DNA of 64,000 nt from Eledone cirrhosa. Its lineage: Eukaryota. The DNA is taken from positions 16,988,001 through 17,052,000 of the forward strand of contig OZ024748.1 in assembly GCA_964016885.1 (NCBI GenBank). The letters are read 5' to 3'. The notes beneath the pieces were generated by a model. The model saw nothing but the letters and a program-made list of their open reading frames with translations, was not told the DNA's origin and searched no databases. Positions 12,635 through 26,773 of this stretch are shown here, one piece after another. Numbering within the stretch: the stretch's first letter is position 1; every line of letters begins with the position of its first letter. The position numbers and the translations under genes are program-made.

Positions 12635-13446
12635 CCGTTTTATGTCCATTCTTCCACACTAGTATGGGTTAGACAGGTTGTCCTGTTGTGGGCAGTGTCC
12701 AGTCGGCTGAGCTTGTCTAGCTCATACTGGAACTGATTCTGGCTTGATTTCTACAGCTGGATGCCCTTCCTAACACCAACCTCATTAAAAAAAATACCAG
12801 TCTAGTCCTGGGATTGATTATTCCTCTATATATTTTTCCGACTTCCATTTTTTTAACACATCTTTCTCTGGAAGAAATCTACTGTATTTAGTCAGACCTG
12901 GAGAGGAGATGGGTTCCGCCAGGTGTTAGAATGCCCTAGAAAAGCCCTAGGTCAATATGGCGCTCCAACTACTCCTTCAGGAGTAACAGAACAAAAAACA
13001 AAAAAAATCATTGTACTGATGTCAAAAATAAAACAATAAATGAAAGATGCATTTATTCAAATACAATGGTGGTGCTCTACCATGGCCTTAGCCTTTTGGC
13101 TGGAACACATAATGGAGTATGTCATCATCTTCTGGGATGTCAACATGACTCCCTAAATTCAAACCCTGGACATAAACAATTCTTGTAATCATAATTCCTC
13201 TAGAAATCTGCGTTTTATATTAATTTTTCTAGTAAAAATGTGCTAGGGTTTATTTTCAGGGTAGAGCTTATATTGAACAGCAGCATAAGAATCATGCTAG
13301 GGCTTATTTTTGGGAGTAAATCTTATAATAAATGAAATAAGGTATATATTGAAGGGTTAAAGTCTGTCACAAGTCCACAAGCTCATCTGTTCAGATCTTA
13401 GCTTTGGTTTCATTGGTGTTAAGTAACTGAGGGGAGAAGAAATATA

Positions 13447-14502
13447 ATTGTTTCTACTTTTGGCACAAGGCCAGCAATTACCCCAGTGTATTACTGGTAC
13501 TCTATTTATCAACCCTGTAAGGATGAAAGGCAAAGTTAACCTCAGCAGGATTTGGATTCAGAACACAAAGGGCCATAACTCTATGCTGCAAAGCATGGTA
13601 TCTGATGTTCTACCAATACTGCCAATTCACTGTCCATTCAAATATAATAATGAAAGGGTTAAACGATAACTGAAATCTTTCTATAGCTATTGTTATATAC
13701 ATGTCAGTATCTCTAAGGAGACAATTAAATAGAAATACTTCAATCTTTGGTTAAATTCTGAATTATTCTAATGTTTCATTTCTGTTTTGTTGGCTATATA
13801 ATCTACTTCTTATTACATTTTAATATTTTAATATGTGGATTGGCAGTATCGGTAGAGAGACGGACGCCATGCTTTGCAGCAAAGAGTTACGGCCCTTTAT
13901 GCTCTGAGTTCAAATCCCGCTGAGGTTAACTTTGCGTTTCATCCTCACAGGGTCGATAAAATAAAGTACCAGTCATGCACTGGGTCGATTTAATCGACTT
14001 CCCCCTCCCCCCAAATCACTGGCCTTGTGCCTATATAAGAAACCAATATTTTAATATTGCTTTGTTTTGTGTTGTATGTTGTTTTATTGTTGGTTTTTGA
14101 GGGAAGGGCAATTGTGGATTGGCAGAACCAATATAGTGTTGGACAAATGCTTGCTGTATTTGTTCCTGCTGTTGATATTCTGAGTTCAAATCCTGCCAAA
14201 GTCATCTTTGGCCTTTGATCCTTCTAATGTTAATAAACTAAAGTATCAGTTAAGAACAGGGTTTGATATAATCAAATGTCCTCTCCCTTCCCTTCCTTGC
14301 TGGCTGTGTGCCTGTGGTGAATTGGCAGTATCGGTAGAGGGTTGGACGCCATGCTTTCAAGCATAGTTACGTCCCTTTACAGTCTGAGTTCAAATCCCGC
14401 CGAGGTTAACTTTGCCTTTCATCCTTACGGGGTCAATAAAATAAAGTACCAGTAATGTACTGGGTAATTGCTGGTCTTGTGCCTAAAGTAGAAACAATTA
14501 TT
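13447..14502. mobile_element. Cluster of family 1 SINEs: 13447-13640 (-), 13835-14045, 14105-14312, 14315-14502 (+)
   Basis: Each copy shows A/B boxes and the gcctttcatcc...aaagtaccag core at varying divergence. Confidence 0.85.
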
Positions 14503-14676
14503 AGTTGTGAGGTGTGGTGAGAGTCCAGTACTAAGGAGATCCTTTTGGCTCCTAAATGAGAGAAAGAAGTGAAAGAGACTGGTACAATTAATATTATATT
14601 TCTGTCTGAGAATATGGCAGCTTAGTAGATTTGTGACAGCACATTACTAGGGAAGACAGTGTACAAAATGGAGATT

Positions 14677-14950
14677 GTGGTGTTGTATCTCATGTGTAGT
14701 GTGGTGTGGTGTGGTGATGAGTGTTGTGTGTTTTGTGTTTTGTGTGGTGTGGTACGTGTTGTATGGTGTGTGTGGTGTGATGTGGTGTGGTGAGTATTGT
14801 TTTGTTTTGTGTGGTGGGATTTGTGTGGTGTTGTGGGGTGTATTTCCTGTGGTGCGGTGAATGTTGTGTGGTGTCATGTGGTGTGTTGTGTGTGGTGACT
14901 GGCATATGGTGTGTGGTGTATTTTCTGTGGTGTGGTGCTGGTGTGTGATA
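14677..14950. repeat. Degenerate (GTGTG)n repeat
   Basis: Direct inspection. Confidence 0.85.
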
Positions 14951-15225
14951 TGTAATGATAAGGGTAAGGCTAAGAAATACAATATTGATAGTGATAAATA
15001 GACATAAGTGTGAAGGATATTTTCAAGTGGTATTGATAAACGACTAGTTTCTACAGAGCAATGGTCATTAGACTGGTAGAAAAACAGGATACAATACAAC
15101 AATAGAGGAGATATTGACTCTTGATAACCTCTAATGATTTATCAGAAAATATATAAAAACACCTTTGTTAATTGAAATGTATATAGTAGCTTTCCTAGTG
15201 GACAGATCGTTGTGAACATTTGAAC

Positions 15226-15390
15226 AAAATGGTTGGATAACATCCATGAGCTTGGCTGGTCTCGTTTGGGGATCCAGTTGAATTAACTGAAGATGGTTGC
15301 AACTGACAGGACCCACTGGAAGTAATGTCTGAGGATTCTGCCTCACCACCCTCCCAGGAATAAGTGAGAGAAGAATGAATAGAAGAAGGT
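15226..15390 (+). mobile_element. RTE-clade LINE 3' end (Rex3/Expander-like)
   Basis: Reads WLDNIHELGWSRLGIQ; matches copies at 20797 and 52690; GAA-rich tail. Confidence 0.8.
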
Positions 15391-16562
15391 TCTTATATCA
15401 CAAAAAAGAACAGAAACTAACTGTGATGGAATTTTTTACTGACACTTCAAAATGAATAGATTTTTTTTTAACCTCTTTGGTGCTGTAAACGAGATAACTC
15501 GTCCTAAGATGGCTGAACTCCTTTCTAACAGATCATAACTTCAAAGCTATGAACTCATTTCCAACAGATCATAACTTCAAAACTAGATGGGGGTTACTAG
15601 TTTATTCATGTGACATTTGTCAATCAAAATATCCATTTTATTGACACCCCCACTTCACCCCACCCCACCCAATACAGTAACTGTAGCTGTGTAAAATATA
15701 TGCGGCATTCAACAGATTAATGTATCGTAGGCTAAAGCAAAACACGCCAAAACCTTTCTAAAATCTAAGACAGTAAGCTGATCTCAAGAAAGATTTCACT
15801 GCTATTTCTAGCAGATCAAGAAGAGGAGGAAGAAGAGGCCTTCTCATTCTCTTGCTATATTTCTATTGATTGCATGTATTTGGTTTTAAAATCAGTGATG
15901 TTCATCATAGCAGACACAAAAGCTCTTGATATCACATAGAAAATTAGGACAATAATGGACCATTGGATAATGAGGACATCAGCTAAATAGCTAAAGCATT
16001 AGGTTTGTTAGAGAGTAAATCTGGCGTTTCATCTTGTTTTGGTATTGATCTAAAATAATTGATAGAGATAGAAATGATGTGAAGAATCAAAGTGAGTTGG
16101 GATTAAGAGTTTCTATTTATACAAGACTAGGTCAAGCTTTCATGGCAGCCAACTGGCTTATTATTCACACCATTGTATTTTGGTACTTTCTTCTTTGAGT
16201 CCACTGATATTTTGATATGTCTGTCTGCATCACACACTCCTTCCACACACACACACATACATGCATGCACACACACACGCGCACAAATGTGCACGCACAC
16301 GTACACACACAAGTTTATCATCATAATAATTTACCCTCCACTTTCCCTGCTAGCAAGGGTTGACAGTAAATCATTATATATATATATATTTATTAAAATA
16401 ACAGATTATACCTTTCATATACTGTACCGATTGTGTTGTTATTTCTGTTTACCTTTTACATACATATCATCATCATCATCATTTTACGTCCGCTTTTCCC
16501 TGCTTGCAAGGGTGGGACGGGAACATATATATGTATGTATATATACACACACGCACACACAA

Positions 16563-16607
<45 letters not shown>

Positions 16608-16842
16608 TATATATATATATATATGATTGTATGTGTGTGTGTGGTAGGAAGTAGTCAACTAGTCTGGAGAGAAATTCATTCTAAATGAGCAGCAGTAGCA
16701 GCAGTAGCAGCAGAAGCAGTAACCTATCTATTTCTATATTTTTCGGCCAATTTATTGGGAGATAGATTGTTAATTAAACAGACGAAGGAAAAGAGAAACT
16801 GAGAGACCAAGAGAAAGTGACCAAGATATATATATGTATATC

Positions 16843-17110
16843 ATTCTCAGACCGGGTGATGTGTTGTTTCCTTGAGCAAGACACTTTATTTCCCATTGCT
16901 CCAGTTTACTCAGCTGTAGAAATGAGATGATAGAGACTGGGGTCCATATCATTCCACTGCAAAGTGGTTGTGGAGGTGCCACGGCAAAAAAGCACCCAGC
17001 ACTCACTGTAAATGAGGTTGGTGTTAGGAAGGGCATCCAGCTGTAGAAATCAAGTCAGAATCAGTTCCTGTCCCACCCTTGCAAGCAGGGAAAAAGCGGA
17101 CGTAAAATGA
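16843..17110 (+). mobile_element. 5'-truncated composite SINE
   Basis: Near-identical to 40190-40455. Confidence 0.88.
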
Positions 17111-17123
17111 AAAAAAAAAAAAA

Positions 17124-17154
<31 letters not shown>

Positions 17155-17300
17155 GATATATACATGCATACAGAGAGAAAGGAGGTGGGGGGGGCAAGAG
17201 AAAGGGCTGGAAGGAAAGATTTAAAAAAAAATAGGAGACAAATGAAATGTGAGGAAAAATAGTTTTTCTATCCATTTGTGTAAAACTTTGGCCAGATAGT

Positions 17301-17508
17301 TTAATCCTTTAGCATATAAACTGGCCATATACAGCCAGAATTTTCTCACTTTTCTGTTCAAACCGCTCATACTGACGTTAAGGTATTGTTCTCAAAATAA
17401 ATAACATCAAAATTTTGTAGATTCAATATTATCTGTGATAATTATATAAGATAAAGCCTTCTCCACAAAAATGCAATAGTATTTATAATGTAAATGCTAA
17501 CGGGTTAA
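17301..17508 (+). mobile_element. piggyBac-type MITE family A
   Basis: ttaatcctttagca ... tgctaacgggttaa. Confidence 0.85.
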
Positions 17509-17639
17509 ACTATGAAGATTGGGTGGGCATAGAAACTTTCTTTTCCTGATTATTATATGCATGTATATGTACACACATACACATTCCATTCACCTCCCAT
17601 GTCCTAACACCCCACGCACATCTGATCACACCATCTTTA

Positions 17640-18171
17640 CACTGCAAAGTTGTCATGTTGGTATCACAACAAAAAGCACCCAGCCCACACTGTAGAGTGG
17701 TCGTGTAGGCGCCACGGAAAAAAAGCACCCAGCACTCACTGTAAATGCGGTTGGTGTTAGGAAGGGCATCCAGCTGTAGAAACCAAGCCAGAATCAGTTC
17801 CTGTATGAGCAAGACTCAGTCACTTGACTCGACTTGCCTCAAATGAGACAACAACTCTAACCCATGCTAGTGCGGGAAGATAGACATTAATCGATGATTA
17901 TATATATCATCATCATCGTTTTACGTCGATTCTTCCACGCTAGCATGGGTTAGAGGGGTTGTTCTGTTGTGGGCAATGTTAGGTCGGCTGACCTTGTCTT
18001 GCTCATATGGAAACTGATTTTGGCTTGCTTTCTACGGCTGGATGCCCTTCCTAACACCAACCCCATTTACAGTGAGCACTGGGTGCTTCTTTTCTGTGGC
18101 GCCTACACATCCACTTTACAGTGTGGTCTGGGTGCTTTTTTGTCGTAACACCTCCACCACCACTTTGCAGT
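17640..18171. mobile_element. Tail-to-tail inverted pair of family 3 retroposons
   Basis: 17640-17898 (+) and ~17907-18171 (-) meet at a short (TA)n. Confidence 0.88.
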
Positions 18172-18548
18172 GGGAGGGGATGGGGGCATATTGCCTATAT
18201 ATATATATATGTATATATATATATGTATATATATATTACTTTGATTCAGTAATCTACTCCACAGAAGACAGTGTTAATGTTAACCTGAATCTAGGAATAA
18301 TTTTCAAGAAAAAAGGTGGATGAAAGAGGTATTTGAATGGGATTTAAAATTTCCAAAATATTGCCTTTGATGAAATTTCATTGATTTGGTTTGAACAGTT
18401 AATGAAAAATTGTAAGACAACACAGAGTTAACAAGATTTAGCAACAACAACAACAAAAAAGAAAAACTTAGAAACGAGGTAATTTATTGTGTGGTGAAAG
18501 AAAAATGGTTTTGAATGTAATTAAGGCTAATCTCTCGCATGTTCATTA

Positions 18549-18964
18549 TTAACCCTTTTGATACCAACCCAGCCAAAACCACCTCTGGTTCTATGATACA
18601 AAAACACCCATTTTAAAGGGTTCCTATTTAAATTAAAATCTTCCAACGTAATTTCATATAAGAGTCATATGTTAAGTTACTATCTCAGTCATGAAATAAT
18701 TAATTCTAGTACTTCCCCTCTAAATTCATTAACCTTTTTGATACAAACCCAACGAAAACCGGCTGTGATTCTGTGAAACAAAACCCCACATTTTAAAGGG
18801 GATTTAAATTAAAAATCTTTCAAAATAATTCTATAAGAGAGATATATGTTAAGTCGCTATTTTCGTGAAGAAATAGTTTTTAATTTTAGATATTCCCTCA
18901 AAATTCTTAATTAATTAATTAAAATTGAGTGCATGCTGAGTGAAATAGGTCATAGAAGGGTTAA
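18549..18964 (+). mobile_element. piggyBac-type MITE family B (truncated copy plus full copy; a further decayed copy follows)
   Basis: ttaacccttttgataccaacc ... catagaagggttaa; second start ttaacctttttgatacaaacc at ~18729. Confidence 0.75.
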
Positions 18965-19734
18965 CCCTTTTCAAACCAAATCACTTGAAACTGGCCCTGT
19001 TTCCATGATGTAAAACTACTTGTTTTAAAGTGTTTATATTATATTTTATATAGAAAGCTTTCTAACGTTTTTATCCAAACACTAGTTTGATAAAGAGTGA
19101 GTTCCATTACCCAATCATTTCACATTTATTGTTTTAAAATTATAGGCAGTGTTGTTAATTTAAATAGGAAACCTTTTAAAAAATAGGTGTTCTTGTTTTT
19201 GTCTTATAGAAAGGACCAGAGCTGGTTTTTGCCAGGTTAGTATGAAGTGTTAATAGCCCAAATGTTAAAGATTCTCATATTTATTCAGATTGTTCTAACT
19301 TTTGATAAAACATGTGATTCTCTTTCTCTCATTGGACTGTTATTGCAATTTTCTGTTACATTTTTCTGTAGATATATGTAAGAATAAATTGATAAATACA
19401 TACATATATGCATGAATACATTTGTACAAATATAATGTATGTGTGTGTATATATATATATGTGTATATATATATATATATTATATATATATATTATATAT
19501 ATTATATATATATATATATATTATATATATATATTATATATATTATATATATTATATATATATATAATAGATCGGTTCTTTTTACAACTGCATACAATAA
19601 GTTGGTACAAAAACTTGTCTACAAGTATTTACAATTATGTAATGGTATTTGACAGACAAAGATGAAAAAACATTTAAGATTAACATTTACCAAATCAAAA
19701 CCAAACTACACACACACACACACACACATATATA

Positions 19735-19785
<51 letters not shown>

Positions 19786-20087
19786 ATGTATGTTTGAAAT
19801 TCTAAAACTAAAATGGCAATGTTCTTAGCTTAAGTTGTCTTCCAGAAAATTGTTTAAAGAAGTTGTGAGAATAACACAGAATAAAATAGAAAACATCAAC
19901 TTAAAATAGCATAAAATAAAGTTTAATTGATGTTACTTTTAGTATGCATTAAATAGGATTTAGAAAGTAAATTTCAAATATTTAAAATGTTTCAAGAAAA
20001 TATACATATTCATTATTCACTTAATGCTTATTTTTTGTTTACACTGTCTTCTATGAAGTTGTAAACCCTTCTGTCGCACTACCTGAG

Positions 20088-20797
20088 ACCTGGGTTGCTT
20101 CAAATGGGAGTATTGTTGGCTATTTTAACAATTGGGGCCCCTGTCTTTGTGGTTGTCCTTAGTGTTATAGCTCCTATTTATGGAAGTTTAGTTGACCTCA
20201 TGTTGGGTTGCTTCTCATGAGAGTATTCTTGGCTATTTTAACAATTGGAGTCCCAGTCCTATCATGAATTACATAGATTAATATAGTTGTTGTTGTTATT
20301 GTTACAGCTCCTATTTATGAAGGTTTAGTTGGCTTTCTGCTGGGTTGCATCTCTCAGGAGGATTCTGGGCTTCCTAACAATTGGGGCCCCTGTTCTATCA
20401 TGAATTACATAGATTGATATCGTTGTTGTTATTGTTACAGCTCCTATTTATGAAGTTTAGTTGACTTCCTGCTGGGTTGCTTCTTATGGGAGGATTCTTG
20501 GCTATTGTAACAATTGGGGTCCCAGTTCTATCATGAATTACATAAATTGATATTATTGTGGTTGTTGTTATTGTTACAGCTCCTATTTATGAAGGATTAG
20601 CAGGCCTCCTGTCGGGTTGCTTCAAATGAGAGGATTCTTGGCTATTTTCACAAATGGGGTCCTATCATGAATTACATAGATTGATATAGTTGTTGTGGTT
20701 GTTGTTAGTGTTATAGCTCCTATCTATGTAGGTTTAGCTGGCTTCCTGCAGGGTTGCATCTCATAGGAGGATTCTTGGCTATGCTAACATTTGTGGC
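20088..20797. repeat. Diverged ~135-bp tandem repeat, 5-6 copies
   Basis: gggttgc motif recurs near 20092, 20205, 20342, 20475, 20614 and 20751, with ctatcatgaattacatagattgata and acagctcctatttatg in most units. Confidence 0.9.
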
Positions 20798-21140
20798 AGG
20801 GTCTTTGGAGTAACATTACTTGATAAAGTGTGTAGCTTGAAAATCAGAGTTACTCCAGGTAGAGCTGCAACTTTTCCGAATTGAGAGATCACAGCTCTGA
20901 TACTATGGAAATATGGTTAGAATGTCTCAAGAAAGAGTTGCTGGACAGATTTTATGGGCAAAACCAACTGGCAAGAGACCCAGGGGTAGACCCCAAGCAA
21001 GATGGTTGGATAACATCCATGCGCTTGGCTGGTCACGATTGGAGATCCAGCCAGATCACTTGGAGACAGTTTCTTCATACAGCACCCGCTGGAAGGAGTG
21101 TTTGACAACTCTTTCAGGAATAAGTGGGTGGAAAAGAAGG
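20798..21140 (+). mobile_element. RTE-clade LINE 3' fragment (Rex3/Expander-like)
   Basis: MVRMSQERVAGQILWAKPTGKRPRGRPQARWLDNIHALGWSRLEI is a typical RTE ORF C-terminus. Confidence 0.9.
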
Positions 21141-21820
21141 GGCTTCAGTCCTATCATGAATTACATAGATTGATAAAACAAAGTACCAGTCATGTATTAG
21201 AGTTGGCATAATTGTCAGTTCCCTTATTCCAAAATTTGTGACATAGCACCTTTGTTAAAAAACATCATAACATTTAACACTGTGAGTTGAAATCTCACTG
21301 AGATTGACTTTTCTTTTCATTCTTCCAAGATCAATAAATTAAAATACCATTCATGGGCTGGGATTGATGTAATCAAATATTCCTTTCCGGCAAATGTTTT
21401 GTCCTGTACCTATGTAAGAAAACCTTATAATAATGGTTTCTGATTTAGGCACAAGGCCAACAATTTTGGGTGAGGGAGAATCAATTAAATTGACGCCAGT
21501 ACATTACTGGTACTTTATTTTATCGACCTCATAAAGATGAAAGGCAAATCTAACCTGGGCAGGATTTGAACTCAGAATGTTAATAGCTGTGACTATATAG
21601 TACAATGATGATATATATTAGTTTAATGCTCATATAGCTGAGAAATAGTCCTAACATTTCGGACACTTAGCTCATGTACAAGGAATTGTGATACCACTGC
21701 CTACAATCAATGCATTTGACTTGCTAGAAATAGCAGCTGTAAAAGATCGGTAAAATAAGTAACATGCTTGAAAGATAAATACTGGAGCTGATATAATTGA
21801 CTAAAAAAAAAAAAAATCAG

Positions 21821-22416
21821 TTTAGCCCTTTAGCATTTACATTACTTTATATTTCCTATTATATTTTCACGTTAACGGCTTTACCTCACATAGTTATCTC
21901 ACATAATATCGAATGTATGAGATTTTGATATTATTTATGAGACCAATACTTTAGGTAGTATCCGTAGAGGGTTGGACACCATGCTTTGAAGCATAGTTAA
22001 CTCCCTTTATGATTTGAGTTCAAATCCTGCCGAGGTTAACTTTGCCTTTCATCCTTACGGGGTCGATAAAATAAAGTACCAGTAATGCACTGGGGTAATC
22101 ATTGGCCTTGTGCCAAAAGTAGAAACTCTATTTAAGGGCAGTGGATTGGCAGTATCGTTAGAGGGTCGGACATCATGCTTTGCAGCATGGAGTTGCGGCC
22201 CTTTACGATCCGAGTTCAAATCCCGCCAAGGTTAACTTTGCCTTTCATCCTTACGGGGGGGTCGATAAAATAAATTAGCAGTAATGCACTGGGGTAATTG
22301 CTGGCCTTGTGCCAAAAGTATAAAACAATTATAAGTGACCTGTTATGGCCGGTTTCAACAGAAAGAGGTGAGAGAATTCTGGCCAGATGTGGCCAGTTTA
22401 AATGCTAAAGGGTTAA
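21821..22416 (-). mobile_element. piggyBac-type MITE A interrupted by a dimeric family 1 SINE (~21955-22331, +)
   Basis: MITE halves at 21821-21954 and 22332-22416 (ending aatgctaaagggttaa) flank two SINE monomers. Confidence 0.85.
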
Positions 22417-22694
22417 GTTGTTGCTTCTGCATGGTCGCTGTATAAAGATTGAAACCAGCAAAAGAGTATAAAGAATTTAAAGGGAAAAACATCAGACTCT
22501 AGTTTCAGGTTTCTTCCTAAGAGCTAAACAGATTATAGAATTAGATGGACTCAACATGTTAATCTAATCAAGGTAAACGTTCCAAAAAAAAAAACATTCT
22601 TTGGATCTAAAAACAAGATAGAAAAATTCCCTTGTGGTAAAATGAATTAATAACCAAACAACTTCTCCTCTTTCTCCCTCTCCTCTGCTTCCCC

Positions 22695-23300
22695 ACTCAC
22701 ACAGACACATACATGCACACATACACACTCACACACACACACACACTTACAGACACACTTACAGACACACTTACAGACACACACACTTACAGACACACAC
22801 TTACAGACACACACACATACAGACACACACATACAGACACACACATACAGACAGACACACATACAGACACACACATACAGACACACACATACAGACACAC
22901 ACATACAGACACACACATACAGACACACATACACAGACACACACACAGACACACACAGACACACACACACACAGACACACACACAGACACACACACAGAC
23001 AGACACACATACACACACACACACACATACACACACACACATACACATACACATACACACACAGACACATACACACACACAGACACACAGACACACAGAC
23101 ACAGACACACACACACAGACACATACATACACACACACACACAGACATACACACACACAGACACACACACACACACACATATACGCACGCACAGGCACAC
23201 ATACTCATGCACATGCACACACATGCATGCACACCCCCACACAGACACACACACCACAGACACACGCATGCGCACACATGTACACACACATACATACTTG
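22695..23300. repeat. (CA)n/(CAGA) microsatellite
   Basis: Direct inspection. Confidence 0.95.
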
Positions 23301-24228
23301 CAGACACCTTCATTGTGTAACCACACTTAAGCTATAGTATTATTCTAACTTCACAATAACTCTTTCTTTCTCCCCCTCTCTCTCTCTCTCCCTCTCCCCC
23401 TCCCATTCTCTCTCTTCCTTTCTACCTACATCTCTCCCTCCTGATCCCCTTCTCTCTCCTTCTTCCCCACTCTCCCTTATCTCCCCCTCTATCCCTCCCC
23501 TATCTCTCTCTCCCCTCACCCATCTTTACCTATCCCATCTCTTCCCACCCCCATCTCTACTGCCACTCTCTAAACCCTTCCTCCCCCTATCCCTGTCTCT
23601 CTGTCTTCAATTTTAAAGATTTAAACACTCCATGTAGGAAATATATATCTTCATTTTATTTTATTTTTCTCTTAAATTCTTTGAGAGAAAAACAAATATA
23701 TTCTGTCCAAAACGAAAAGTATTTTATTATCAGAAAGCAAATAATATATCACATGAAAAAGTAAAAAGGTTTTTCCACTGAAAATAATGACTTGAGGAAA
23801 TGATTTGTGATGTGTGTGTTGGGTTTAAATGAGACTTATCGGAGAAAACACATTGCTTCTTGATGTAAAAGCTAGGAAACTCATTGAAAGCAATTGAATA
23901 TTGTCGAACACATGTTGACAGAGGATTTACTACTGTGACACTATCTTTAAATATTATTACAGCTTATAATGGCAGAATTTCTACTACCATATCGCAAAAA
24001 AAAAAAATACTTAACCACAAATAATTTGGACATTTTCAAAATGTCCAAATTGTTTAAACAGAAATTATGTTGCTCTTGGAAAAACTTGACCTTTTTCATA
24101 CCAAACCACCTGAAAGCGCCATTGATTCTGATACAAACTGTTTGCTTAAAAGTGTTTATATTAATCTAAAAACCTTCTTTCGTAATTTTATGTAAGAAAC
24201 TTTGTTTCAAACACCAGACTGCCTTTCT

Positions 24229-24592
24229 CCCTTTAGCATTCAAACCGGCTATATTCGGCTAGAAATGTTTCACCTCTTTCTGTTCAAACCAGTTGAAACT
24301 GGCCGCTTATACTGATATTAAGGTATTGTTCTCAAAATAAATAACATCAAAATCTCAGATTCGATATTATGTGAGATAATTATGTAAGATAAAGTGTTTA
24401 CTACAAAAATACAAGAGTATATATAGAGTAATGGGCATCTAAACTGGCCATAATTAGCTGCTCATAGTGATGTTAAGGTATTGTTCTCAAAATATATATC
24501 AAAATCTTGTAGATTCGATATTATGTGAGATAAAGTGTTTACCATGAAAATACAATAGTAAATGTAGAGTAATGTATATGATATAGGGTTAA
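24229..24592 (+). mobile_element. piggyBac-type MITE A with a duplicated 3' half
   Basis: ttaaggtattgttctcaaaata...gattcgatattatgtgagataa occurs twice; ends gggttaa. Confidence 0.8.
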
Positions 24593-24882
24593 ATATTTTA
24601 TAGAATTTTATGAGAAAATGTGCAGCCCTGTGTGTGACATACAGCAATATTTTCTCCAACACCAATGTGATGAAATCACTACCAAATTCAGGCTCAGTTA
24701 CTCAAATGGCCAAAGAGCACAATCTGTCAAATAAGCAAGAACAAACTTAAAAGTAATAAACTTTAGACAGAGGACTATGAAAAACAATGTAGAATTTTTA
24801 ACTATGAGAAGCATACATTATATAAGGTGAAATGTTATCTTCAATATATATATATTTTATATATATATATTTTATATCTATA

Positions 24883-24950
<68 letters not shown>

Positions 24951-25914
24951 TTTTTCTGACGTTATCATCAAATAGATTTTCATTTTTAATTAATTATTTA
25001 TTTTTTTTTAAGAACAATTTTTTAAAGCAATGTAATTTTACATATTGTCTTTTTCTAACGCATTCAAAATAATTTATTGCAGCATAAAATCACAAATACA
25101 AATTTATTATTTATTTTTCCAGACAAAATATTCACATATATTTATTGTTGCATGTAATTTCAGTTAGACTATTTATCTGCAAAATTTGAAATGCTTTAAA
25201 AAATTTATATGGACATTTTGTTATGCGATATTACATTTACATTTTTCCAGTATCATTTATTCTGATTATTTTTTTTGTTGTTGTTATTTTTGTTATTTTT
25301 GAATTTTAAATATTTGTTGTCATTAAGAGAAAGAGGGGGAAAAGGGTGAGAATTATTCCAATCATGATACCATTTATAAAAAAAAACCCTGTAAAGTAGA
25401 AACAAATATTTGCTAATTATATAATATAGTATAACATATTATGAAACATAATATATAATTTAATATAATATGATAAAATACAATATAGAGGCAGACAATT
25501 GGCAGAGTCATTAGAATGTCTGATAAACAACTTTGTGACATTCATTTCAGTTCTCTGCTCTCTGAGTTCAAATCCCACTGAGGTCAACTTTGCTTTTCAT
25601 CCATTATTATTATCCATTGATAATAATAAATTACCAGTCTAGTACTGAGGTCAACACTTTCTCCATATCTCTTTCTCACTTCCATTCTCTCACTCTCTCT
25701 TTCCTTCTTTGGAAGAAACCTGCTGTATTCAGACCTGGGGAAGGGGCTCTGCCAGATTTTTTAACAAAAAATGTCCTAGAAATGCTGTTTGTCAGTACTG
25801 CGCCCCGCCACCTCCTTTGGCAGTTATGAGACTAAACATGCATACATAATACAATATAGTATATCATAACATATAATATAATATAATATAGTATAATATA
25901 ATATGATGTAATAT

Positions 25915-26310
25915 AATTGTTTTTACTTTTGGCACAAGGCCAGCAATTACCCAGTGCATTACTGGTACTTTATTTCATCGACCCCATAAGGATGAAAGGC
26001 AAAGTTAACCTCGGCGGGATTTGAACTCAGAATGACAAGGGCCGTAACTCTATGCATCAAAGCATGGTGTCCGACCCTCTACCGATACTGCCAATCCACC
26101 GCCCTTGATGTAATATAATATCATATAATTGTTTCTACTTTTGGCACAAGGCCAGCAATTACCCAGTACATTACTGGTACTTTATTTTATCGACCCCGTA
26201 TGGATGAAAGGCAAAGTTAACCTCGGCGGGATTTGAACTCAGATCGTAAAGGGACGTAACTATGCTGGAAAGCATGTCCGACCCTCTACCGATACTGCCA
26301 ATTCACCGCG
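25915..26310 (-). mobile_element. Two family 1 SINEs (25915-26105, 26127-26310)
   Basis: Full-length reverse copies with A and B boxes. Confidence 0.9.
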
Positions 26311-26337
26311 TGTTTGTGACTATGTAATGGTGTTTAC

Positions 26338-26512
26338 CAGAGTTAACTGGTGTTGAATTATATTCCTATGTATGCCAAAAGCCATAACATAGTGGCTTGA
26401 CGAACAGATAACCATAATAATTACTGGTACCAGAGTCAATATGATGGCATTATATCCTGTAAAGGCACTGCACCAGCATACCCACAGTCTAATGACTAAA
26501 ACCATTGAAAAA
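26338..26512 (-). CDS. Candidate coding exon (175 nt) with hydrophobic, transmembrane-like translation
   Basis: Acceptor gtgtttttgtgtag, donor CTG|gtaaac. One open frame: [58 protein letters not shown]. No homologue recognised. Confidence 0.35.
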
Positions 26513-26606
26513 CTACACAAAAACACAGAGACCAATGTAAATATATATGTACAAACACCAATGTAGATATATATATATATACAGAGACACCAATGTAGAT
26601 ATACTG

Positions 26607-26639
<33 letters not shown>

Positions 26640-26731
26640 GAAACAATGCAGATGTCTGTATATATACACCAATGTAGATATATATATATATATATATAGA
26701 CACCAATGTAGATATATATACAGACACACCA

Positions 26732-26773
<42 letters not shown>

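Noticed and set aside
12339-13345. Possible decayed Tc1/mariner MITE pieces (taccatgtttccc..., tagggcttatttt)
   Set aside because: TIRs are too degraded to pair or to define boundaries confidently.
24604-24750. Plus-strand open frames after ttttatag
   Set aside because: Two frames are open for ~45 codons with no linked exons or recognisable similarity.
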